Below are positions 7,365 through 14,216 of a stretch of DNA of 14,216 bases, piece by piece; within the stretch, counting starts at the first letter, position 1, and every line of letters begins with the position of its first letter. A program made the translations under genes and the position numbers. The DNA comes from Fimbriimonadales bacterium (GTDB taxonomy: Bacteria; Armatimonadota; Fimbriimonadia; Fimbriimonadales; ATM1): NCBI GenBank assembly GCA_051003155.1, contig JBPCLO010000042.1:1-14216 (forward strand), written 5' to 3'. The notes beneath the pieces are model-generated. The model did not search any database and was not told the origin of the DNA. It was given only the letters and a program-made list of their open reading frames with translations.

Positions 7365-10300
7365 TTACTTCCAGGGGATGCTATGCCAGATTCGTACTGA
7401 ACCGTCGGTGCAGGCCACCACTACGTCTCGACCGTCCGCGCCGAACCAGCCGAGATCTCCACCAGTGCTCCCATCCGGCCCCTTCGCCACATCGCTCCTG
7501 TAGCTCAGGGTCATGAGGTCTTCACCGGTAAGCCCATCAAATATCCTCAGTTCATGAGCGCTGCCACTGGAGATCAACCGCTCTCCGTCTGGCGAAAACC
7601 CCATGGCAAAGGTCATCGAGCCCGTCAGCTTTGCGACCTCGGAACGCGTGCGGACGTTCCAAAGTTGTCCGGTGCCACTGTTGGAAATAGTGCCAAGAAT
7701 GCGTCCATTCGGAGACCAACTGAGGTAAAAGATCGCGTTCTCCCAAGCTGTTAGCACACCGAGTTCACGTTCGCTCTGTACGTCGAACAGAGCAATGCGG
7801 CCACCCGTAAATATGTTGCCATGATTCGCCTGGGACACGGCTAGTTCACCGCCATCTGGAGACAATGCCATTCCTATCACGGCTCGGCTAAACTTCAATC
7901 GCTTAACGAGCCTCCCGTCCATAGTCGAGTAGATCAGAACGTGATTCTCCAGCGATCTGAGAGCTACATACTGTCCGCCTCGGTCGAAAGCCCTTAAGTG
8001 CAGGCTGGCACCCGGGGTGGTTTTCAATTGGAAGCGAGATACCACCCGAAGCGTCTTTGCGTTGACAATCGCGTACTTCTGGTCGACCGCGGCCTGGTCG
8101 TGACTCGCCGCCAGGATTCGTTGGCCGCCAGGAAGTACCTTCAACCCGATGGGCTTTGACGAGAAGACCTTGGCAGACCGCTCCTCCTTGAGGCTATCGC
8201 CGTACAACCTTGCAATCCGGCCGTCCGCCGACTCGAGAAAGACGCATCCGGTGTCCTTGAACCTTTCAATAATAAATCTGCCGGCGCTGCCGCTCAATGG
8301 CGCGACACGTCGAGCCACCCTTCCCGTAACTAGATCTCGGCTGACAATTGTGCCGTCCTTCGAGATCGACACGACCCTCCTGCCATCCGCCGATTGATGT
8401 GCCCCAACTACTTGATCATCGTGATCTGGAAAAGTCTCAATCGAGGCAGTTGATTTGACACTCCAGAACCTGCAATACCCCTCCTCATCCACACTTGCAT
8501 ATTTTTGCCCGTCTTGCGAGAAGGCAACAGACCATACGGAATAGGTATGTCCGGCAGACGCCTGCATTAGACGGCCGGTTTTCACGTCGAACAGTCGCAC
8601 GATTCCATCCCCACAACCTATGAGAATGCGGTGACCGTCGGCTGAGAAGGCAATATCATTCACCAAGACCGGAGGGCCAGACAAAACGGAGGCAATCTTA
8701 TGATTCCCGACTCGCCGTACTTCCAGTTGCTTGAGACCCCCTCCCGAAACCGCGTACAGTCTTCCGTCTGAACTCAGAGCAAGGACCGGTTGGCGCTGAA
8801 AGGTAGGGGCAACGTCAGCTGAGTACGCCGGCAGGGGCTCGACGTCGCCGTGAGTCGTGCCTGAACTATCCCATTGGCAAACCCCGCCTTCATGGACGCT
8901 GAGGCAGGTGCCATCGGGCAAGAAACGAGCTGCTCTGTAAACGCCCGGGCCCTGGTAAGCGGTGAGGAGGCGATCTCCTTCGATTGTGCGTAGCTCCACG
9001 GTGTCGGGTGCCTCCTGCCTAATCAATAAATACCTGCGCTTCGTGGGATCGACGTCCGCAATACGCGCAGCCCGCCGGGGAGGAATCAAAGTTGCATTGG
9101 TGTAGGCATCGCGAACAGCGGGACCCATCTCAGGAGTCCGAACCTCATTCCCTTGAACCTCCACGACGAGCAGGTTCCCCCTGGAAAAACTGGGCCCGCC
9201 ATCACCGTGTTGAAAGTGCCTTGCGAGCCTCACTTCATCGGGCTTGACCTCATAGAGACCGTCGGTGGCGAACCCTAACATTCTTCCATCTTGTTGGGGC
9301 GCTAGTATGCTGAAACTGGGAAGTTTGCCTTCAGGCTCCAGAGCATGCACCGTCATCGCGACATGGCCCCACTCCCACCCCCGATAAGGATCGTTTCGGA
9401 TCTGACGCGCGAGTTCGGCCACCCGCATCCAGCGGTCCGAGGCCATGGCTAACCGGATGGAAGCCATCTTGCCGACGTAGTTTTGTCGCTTGAGCTCCTC
9501 CGCCGTGGATTCTAACTGGCCGATCAGCCGTTGGCGATCATTGGACAATCGCCAGAAGCCCAGAGCGGCCGCGCCGAGGCCGAGAAGAACAGCGCCCGCC
9601 ACGGCCGTTGTCCGCAAGGTCGCGAGCCGCGCCGCGCCCCTTTGCCTTCGCAACTCCCCATCGGGCAGACTCTGCCGGCGCCAACCTTCGTCGAAGACGC
9701 GCGCGTAGGTGCGGTTTCGTACCCTCAGAGTTCCACGCTCCTCGTGGCCGACTCCCGCGAGGCGCAGTGAAGCTACTACCGGGTTCTCATCGGCAGCCTC
9801 GACGCCCTTGCCCCTCAGCAAACGGCCGTAGAGGTCGAGCACCTGAGCCCTTCTTTCATCCGGCGACATTCCAGGAACATCGGGATCGAGCATTCGACGC
9901 TCGACATCCGCGAAATTGGGCTCTCTCTGGCGCGCCTCCTGCGTGAAGAACAGATCTTTGACGAGCCGATCCACACCCTGCGCGGAGTCGACTGCCGAGT
10001 TCGCGGCGATGTGGTTGCAGAGGAGTTGCGTGAGGTACGGGTGGCCGCTCACCCAGTGATGCACCCTTTGCATCAGCATTGCGCCGTTTCGTCCCGTCGC
10101 TTCCAGAACCTTCGCATAGCCCTCCGTTTCCGTGCGCGTGAAATCGGAGAGATCGATCCTGGTTCCGATGTTGAACGGGGTGATTTCCGGGTTGCGGATC
10201 AGTTGCCCCGGTGTCGCCACGCCGACCAAGCAGAAAGTTAGTCTCTCGAACCCTTGTACCTCGGAGCGGCGATTATAACAGTCGCGAATCGCTGCGAAGA

Positions 10301-10763
10301 ACTCGTCGGTCGCGAAGGGCAGCGCGCGGACAAAGTCGATCTCGTCGATGAAAACCACGACCGGGCGGTCGGTTTTGGGTAGCACCACGTCTTGGATCGC
10401 GCCAACCCACCGCGCAAGCGGCCCGATCGCTTGGCGTGACCCCCAGTATTCGAAAAGCTCCTGGGTCAGCCCGAGCTCTTGGCCGATGCCCGTGAGCAGG
10501 CCCGCATACCATTGATCCGGGGTGACGTTCGCGCCGATCCGCTGAAGGTCGAGCTTGACCGTGTCCACGCCCTGCTCTTTGAGCTTGACGATCATTCGGG
10601 CGATCAACGACGACTTGCCCTTCTGCCGCGAGTCGAGCAGAAAGACGTACTCACCCGCGAGCAGCGCCGCGAGCAGTTGCCCGTCCGCATCCCGCTCGAT
10701 GTAGCTCGGCGCGTTCGGGTCCATCGTTCCCCCGGGGCGGAAGAACGGAGATTGGCTGTCCAT
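7365..10763 (-). CDS. AAA_35-type ATPase + transmembrane helix + coiled segment + WD40 beta-propeller region (STAND-like sensor)
   Basis: GGTMDPNAPSYIERDAD, P-loop DSRQKGKSS, VFIDEID, TPFNIG, SGHPYLTQ; hydrophobic segment AVAGAVLLGLGAAALGFW (about 9552-9605); RGWEW linker; many WD40 repeats (GHTYSVWSVAFSQDG, DGSVRIWH). ATG 10763 preferred over GTG 10778, which lies inside the candidate promoter. Confidence 0.9.
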   Translation of the reverse strand: MDSQSPFFRPGGTMDPNAPSYIERDADGQLLAALLAGEYVFLLDSRQKGKSSLIARMIVKLKEQGVDTVKLDLQRIGANVTPDQWYAGLLTGIGQELGLTQELFEYWGSRQAIGPLARWVGAIQDVVLPKTDRPVVVFIDEIDFVRALPFATDEFFAAIRDCYNRRSEVQGFERLTFCLVGVATPGQLIRNPEITPFNIGTRIDLSDFTRTETEGYAKVLEATGRNGAMLMQRVHHWVSGHPYLTQLLCNHIAANSAVDSAQGVDRLVKDLFFTQEARQREPNFADVERRMLDPDVPGMSPDERRAQVLDLYGRLLRGKGVEAADENPVVASLRLAGVGHEERGTLRVRNRTYARVFDEGWRRQSLPDGELRRQRGAARLATLRTTAVAGAVLLGLGAAALGFWRLSNDRQRLIGQLESTAEELKRQNYVGKMASIRLAMASDRWMRVAELARQIRNDPYRGWEWGHVAMTVHALEPEGKLPSFSILAPQQDGRMLGFATDGLYEVKPDEVRLARHFQHGDGGPSFSRGNLLVVEVQGNEVRTPEMGPAVRDAYTNATLIPPRRAARIADVDPTKRRYLLIRQEAPDTVELRTIEGDRLLTAYQGPGVYRAARFLPDGTCLSVHEGGVCQWDSSGTTHGDVEPLPAYSADVAPTFQRQPVLALSSDGRLYAVSGGGLKQLEVRRVGNHKIASVLSGPPVLVNDIAFSADGHRILIGCGDGIVRLFDVKTGRLMQASAGHTYSVWSVAFSQDGQKYASVDEEGYCRFWSVKSTASIETFPDHDDQVVGAHQSADGRRVVSISKDGTIVSRDLVTGRVARRVAPLSGSAGRFIIERFKDTGCVFLESADGRIARLYGDSLKEERSAKVFSSKPIGLKVLPGGQRILAASHDQAAVDQKYAIVNAKTLRVVSRFQLKTTPGASLHLRAFDRGGQYVALRSLENHVLIYSTMDGRLVKRLKFSRAVIGMALSPDGGELAVSQANHGNIFTGGRIALFDVQSERELGVLTAWENAIFYLSWSPNGRILGTISNSGTGQLWNVRTRSEVAKLTGSMTFAMGFSPDGERLISSGSAHELRIFDGLTGEDLMTLSYRSDVAKGPDGSTGGDLGWFGADGRDVVVACTDGSVRIWHSIPWK

Positions 10764-10769
10764 AAGGAA

Positions 10770-10831
10770 ATGGTACACGACGATCCGTGACGAGACTCGT
10801 CACGGTTTGATCACGGTTCGGTTGGCATAGT
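10770..10831. promoter_or_regulatory. Divergent promoter region with palindrome and SARP-box-like direct repeats (copy 1)
   Basis: Perfect palindrome CCGTGACGAG-A-CTCGTCACGG (10785-10805); direct repeat TCACGGT-TTGA-TCACGGT (10800-10817); -10-like CATAGT on + (10826-10831) and TACCAT on - (10775-10770). Confidence 0.8.
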
Positions 10832-10891
10832 GTTGCCACTGGCACTGCCAGACACAGGGAGCGGATAATTCCCTCCGGGAGGAAAATATAA

Positions 10892-12253
10892 GTGAAACGA
10901 ACTAACATGCAGCGAATATTCGTCGATGGCTCAGCGCTTAGGCGGAGTGTTATTGTGCTGTTGGTCATATTTGGCGCGCTAGGCAGCCAGGGCGTAATGG
11001 CCGTCACCTGGCTGCATTACAAGATGGATGCTACAGGCTCTTGGTGGGGGGGCGACCAAATCAATGGGTACGATTCGTACTCTTATGCCTTCGCCGAGGA
11101 CACAGCCGCTCCTGCGCACTTTTACGGAAGTGCTGGCTTGCCAGTCCGCGTCAACATGGCGATAGAAGACAACGTGGTGGACAATCCCCTGGGCAGCAAT
11201 GACTTACTGTTCCAGAAGTTCGGGTTCTTCTACAACCCCAATACAGGCCAAGGGAACGAAATCGACACCAGCACACACTACTTCAGGTATTCGCGAACCG
11301 TTGAAATGGTGTTTAGCACAGGCGGATGCACACTTTTTAAGCTTGACTACATGCCGCAGAGCGGCGCATTTGCTACCGTGGTCGTGGAGAAGGGCACCTA
11401 TTTGAATGGCGTCTTCACTCCCACGAATCAGGTGATGGACTTCATCGCGGACAGCAGCGCGAACATCGGGCCAGGGACCTATCGCATCAGGACCGCCTTC
11501 GACTCAGGGACATTCTCAAGCAACGCAGCAGTCGAAAGATTCGCCAACAGCAACTTGACCATGCTCTTCTTGAACGAGATCGAGAACCGGCCACCAGCGG
11601 CAGTCGAAGACTTCTACGGGGTCAATCAGTTGAGCACGCTGAACGAAGCGGCGCCGGGCATTCTTGTGAACGATAGCGACCCCGATTCCGGCGATACCCT
11701 CTCGGTGGTTCAGGTCGACAGGCCTGCGCACGCGTCGTCGTTCCAGCTCAACCCTGATGGCTCGTTCACGTACGCGCCGGCCGTCTACTTCTACGGGACC
11801 GACACCTTCACGTACCGGGCTTTCGACGGCACCGCTTACTCGGATGTCACCACGGTGCATATCACGGTGCGGCAGCCTGGTTCCCAGGGGTTCATTACCG
11901 GCGGCGGCAAGTTCTTCCAGGACGGCAGAAAGTGCACGTTCGGCTTCGTCGCGAAGGTGCTGGGCAATGGCGTGCAAGGCAGCTTGGAGTTTCAAGACCA
12001 CGACATGGGCCTTGATGTGAAGTCGGACAGTGTGGAATGGGTCTATGCGCCGAACCAGATCGACGGGTACTTCAGGGGCGCTTGCTCCCTGAACGGCGTG
12101 TCGGGCTACAGCTACTTCGTCGAGGTGCACGACCGCGGCGAGCCGGGAGCGAACGACGACCTCTCGATCTCGATCTATGACTCGGCCGGCATCCTAACGT
12201 ACTCTTCCGGCGCCGTTCTCTCGGGAGGGAACATCAAGATTCACCGTCAGTAG
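10892..12253 (+). CDS. Secreted protein: unknown N-terminal domain + cadherin/Ig-like (Big_9-type) repeat + C-terminal post-COAP-1-like domain
   Basis: GGAGG 9 bp before GTG 10892; signal-like SVIVLLVIFGALGSQGVMA; NRPPAAVED.Y...GILVNDSDPD..D.L...NPDGSFTY.P...GTDTFTYRAFDG; C-terminal ITGGG...TFGF...GSLEFQDH...DRGEPG.ND...SGGNIKIH. Confidence 0.8.
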   Translation: MKRTNMQRIFVDGSALRRSVIVLLVIFGALGSQGVMAVTWLHYKMDATGSWWGGDQINGYDSYSYAFAEDTAAPAHFYGSAGLPVRVNMAIEDNVVDNPLGSNDLLFQKFGFFYNPNTGQGNEIDTSTHYFRYSRTVEMVFSTGGCTLFKLDYMPQSGAFATVVVEKGTYLNGVFTPTNQVMDFIADSSANIGPGTYRIRTAFDSGTFSSNAAVERFANSNLTMLFLNEIENRPPAAVEDFYGVNQLSTLNEAAPGILVNDSDPDSGDTLSVVQVDRPAHASSFQLNPDGSFTYAPAVYFYGTDTFTYRAFDGTAYSDVTTVHITVRQPGSQGFITGGGKFFQDGRKCTFGFVAKVLGNGVQGSLEFQDHDMGLDVKSDSVEWVYAPNQIDGYFRGACSLNGVSGYSYFVEVHDRGEPGANDDLSISIYDSAGILTYSSGAVLSGGNIKIHRQ

Positions 12254-12277
12254 TCCCACTCACTGCTTGATAGCGCA

Positions 12278-12324
12278 GGAATTGGCCGGGATGGTGACTC
12301 ACCGCCCCGGCCAATTCCATTTTT
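12278..12324 (+). terminator. Rho-independent terminator
   Basis: Stem GGAATTGGCCGGG (12278-12290) / CCCGGCCAATTCC (12306-12318) followed by ATTTTT, starting 24 bp after the stop at 12253. Confidence 0.85.
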
Positions 12325-12325
12325 G

Positions 12326-12371
12326 CGTGACGAGATTCGTCACGGTTTGATCACGCTCTATCTCGTACCAT
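12326..12371 (+). promoter_or_regulatory. SARP-box-like motif (copy 2) and -10 element
   Basis: CGTGACGAGATTCGTCACGGTTTGATCACG (12326-12355) matches 10786-10815 at 29/30 positions; TACCAT at 12366-12371. Confidence 0.8.
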
Positions 12372-12403
12372 GGTTTTGATGGCTAGAGGCCAAAGGGGAA
12401 AAA

Positions 12404-13774
12404 ATGAAAAACAAACTAGTTCGCGGGCTAACAAGCTCTCACAGATCACTTCGACTTGCAGCAGGCGCGATGGTGCTGCTCGGGCTCATCGCCGGCGCAC
12501 AGGCCCAAGTCACCACCCGCGCTTCCGTCGCAGATAACGAGGCGCAGGGGAACGGAGACAGCCCTGACGTTGGCGCCCGTATCAGTGGGAACGGGCAGTA
12601 CGTTGCGTTCCGGTCAGTCGCCACCAACCTGGTTGGCCTCGGCGTCGACACCAACGGCTATTCCGACGTCTTCGTGCGTGACCTTATCGGGGGCACCACG
12701 ACGCGCGTCTCTGTAGCCGATGGCATTTTCGGGGCCCAGGCTGTCGGTGGTGACAGCAACAACCCGAGCATCAGCGCCGACGGACGCTTCGTGGCGTTCA
12801 CGTCGCACGCCACCAACCTGGTGGCCGGCGACACGAACGGCAAGTCGGACGTCTTTGTGCGGGACACTGTTCTGGAGACAACCACCCGCGTCTCCGTCGC
12901 TTGGGATGGCGTGGAGGGAAATTTTGAAAGCGACTCATCCGCCATCAGCGCGGACGGGCAGATCATAGCCTTCCGGTCACTCGCCACCAACCTGGTACCA
13001 GGGGACACGAACGCCTACTCGGACGTCTTCGTGCGGGCCGCGGGCACGACCACGCTGGTGTCCGTCGCAACCGACGGTTTGTCAGGCGGGAACGGGCAAA
13101 GCGGGCTCACGCAGACGGCAGTCAGTGCCGACGGCTCGACCGTGGGATTCTCGTCGTCGGCCTCCAACTTGGTTGCCTCGGACACGAACGGCGCAGTCTC
13201 CGATGTCTTCATTCGAAAGAATAACGCGACGACGCTCATCTCGAAGACGACGACCGGCCTTCAGGGCCAATCGGGCAGCTATTCGGTTGCCCTGAGTACC
13301 GATGGTAGCATCGCGGCCTTCACCTCCTACAACAACATGGTCAACGGGGACACCAACGGCGAGCTGGATGTATTCGTGCGAGACACGAATAATACCGGTA
13401 CGACCACACGCGTTTCGATCGCAAGCGGAGCTAACGGTGCCCAGGGAAATCGAGCGAGCGGCAATAGCAACGGATGGGGCATTGCCATCAGCGGCGATGG
13501 AACGAAAGTTGCGTTTCAGTCCCTTGCCACGAACCTCGTCAAAAAAGACACCAACGGTTTCGAGGACATCTTCCTGCGGAACCGATCGACGAACTCGACG
13601 ACCATGGTCTCTGTGACCCCTTCCGGAGGACTGGCAAACGGATCCAGCGGCGGCCTCAACACATGTGGAGTCTCTATGAGCGCGGACGGGGTATCGGTGA
13701 TGTTCTGCTCCTACGCGACCAACCTGGTCACAGGGGACACGAACGGGTTCATGGACGTGTTCGTGCGAAAATAA
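12404..13774 (+). CDS. Secreted TolB-like beta-propeller protein with 7 repeats
   Basis: Signal peptide (...AAGAMVLLGLIAGAQA|Q); seven repeats of consensus (I/V)SADG..VAF.S.ATNLV.GDTNG..DVFVR; AGGGG RBS-like sequence upstream. Confidence 0.88.
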   Translation: MKNKLVRGLTSSHRSLRLAAGAMVLLGLIAGAQAQVTTRASVADNEAQGNGDSPDVGARISGNGQYVAFRSVATNLVGLGVDTNGYSDVFVRDLIGGTTTRVSVADGIFGAQAVGGDSNNPSISADGRFVAFTSHATNLVAGDTNGKSDVFVRDTVLETTTRVSVAWDGVEGNFESDSSAISADGQIIAFRSLATNLVPGDTNAYSDVFVRAAGTTTLVSVATDGLSGGNGQSGLTQTAVSADGSTVGFSSSASNLVASDTNGAVSDVFIRKNNATTLISKTTTGLQGQSGSYSVALSTDGSIAAFTSYNNMVNGDTNGELDVFVRDTNNTGTTTRVSIASGANGAQGNRASGNSNGWGIAISGDGTKVAFQSLATNLVKKDTNGFEDIFLRNRSTNSTTMVSVTPSGGLANGSSGGLNTCGVSMSADGVSVMFCSYATNLVTGDTNGFMDVFVRK

Positions 13775-13792
13775 GGACCGAGGTATTGAGTT

Positions 13793-13839
13793 GTGGGCCA
13801 GCCGCCCGGTGCATGCATGGCCCACGAACCGTCGGTTCG
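13793..13839. repeat. Two adjacent inverted repeats downstream of the propeller gene
   Basis: GTGGGCCA...TGGCCCAC (13793-13825) and CGAACCG-T-CGGTTCG (13825-13839); no U-tract. Confidence 0.45.
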
Positions 13840-13865
13840 GCAGGATCATAGTACGGAATCGCATT

Positions 13866-14020
13866 GTTGGCGGATTCGAGTTCCTCCGGGTCGACGGCGA
13901 TCTTTTCCAGGGCGTCGGCGAGCGCTTCCGGGTACCGCGTGAACTGCGCTGCTGAAGCATCGGCCAGGAACTCGCGCTTCCTGCTGATCGCCATGTTGAG
14001 AAGCATCGCGAAGATCGGCG
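13866..14020 (-). pseudogene. Fragment of an HtpX/M48-family zinc protease (C-terminal region only)
   Basis: APIFAMLLNMAISRKREFLADASAAQFTRYPEALADALEKIAVDPEELESAN contains the SRxRE.LAD and L..ALEKI motifs. No HExxH upstream and no terminal STHPP motif. Confidence 0.75.
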
Positions 14021-14033
14021 CTCGGGGCAACGG

Positions 14034-14216
14034 GATCGGCGACAAGTCCTTAATCGAGCTCCACTTTACCGAAAGCTTTTCGAGGCGTGGAATAAGACAT
14101 GCCGCCTCGAACATCCCTTGCGAAGTTCGTGACGTGAAGAAAAGTCCCTTAAGGCTGTCAGCACGAGGCAAAAATTGACACCACTCCCGCACCAGCCTCC
14201 TCTGTTTTCTCCCATC
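14034..14216 (-). pseudogene. Truncated leucine-rich-repeat-like protein (enters from the right edge)
   Basis: Frame is open to the window edge: DGRKQRRLVREWCQFLPRADSLKGLFFTSRTSQGMFEAACLIPRLEKLSVKWSSIKDLSPI, an LxxLxLxxxxIxDLSPL-like pattern that switches abruptly into HtpX-like sequence. Confidence 0.5.

Noticed and set aside
5562..10763. Avs-type anti-phage STAND defence system
   Set aside because: No nuclease, TIR, SIR2 or protease effector domain is visible; the only evident output is a transcriptional activator domain. An indirect defence role cannot be excluded.
10786..12355. The two 30-bp copies as att sites or element ends flanking the 10892-12253 gene
   Set aside because: No recombinase in view, and each copy sits at a fixed distance from a -10-like hexamer, which fits an operator better. 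Not fully excluded.
12608..13730. Recurrent DNA repeat GCCACCAACCTGGT (e.g. 12608-12633 vs 12971-12996, 25/26 identical) resembling a CRISPR or DGR repeat
   Set aside because: All copies are in frame and encode the ATNLV motif of the propeller repeats. Spacing equals whole protein repeats, and no cas or reverse transcriptase gene is present.
810..13960. Many overlapping alternative-frame and antisense ORFs (e.g. 810-1295, 1371-1988, 3813-4508, 4502-5173, 11516-12130, 13082-13960)
   Set aside because: Shadow ORFs of well-supported genes in GC-rich DNA, with no recognisable motifs.

Overview
GC-rich bacterial window. The left part holds the 3' end of an IS3-family element, a repeat-rich spacer and ordinary genes: an NTF2-like secreted protein, an M42 aminopeptidase, two hypothetical exported proteins, an HD phosphohydrolase and a DnaJ-WD40 protein. 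The right part (5562-13774) looks like a self-contained signalling module. A SARP/BTAD-type activator fused to an AAA_35-type P-loop ATPase sits tail-to-tail with a second AAA_35-type ATPase that carries a transmembrane helix and a large WD40 region. Two secreted proteins follow (one with Ig-like and post-COAP-1-like domains, one a 7-repeat beta-propeller). A 30-bp motif (CGTGACGAGA[C/T]TCGTCACGGTTTGATCACG) precedes both secreted-protein genes. Three candidate promoters, two on + and one on -, each place a TCACG-NN heptamer exactly 8 bp before a -10-like hexamer, which is the known SARP promoter geometry. The window ends in an apparent chimeric remnant (LRR-like fragment joined to an HtpX-like fragment). 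All family calls are by motif recognition only; no searches were run.
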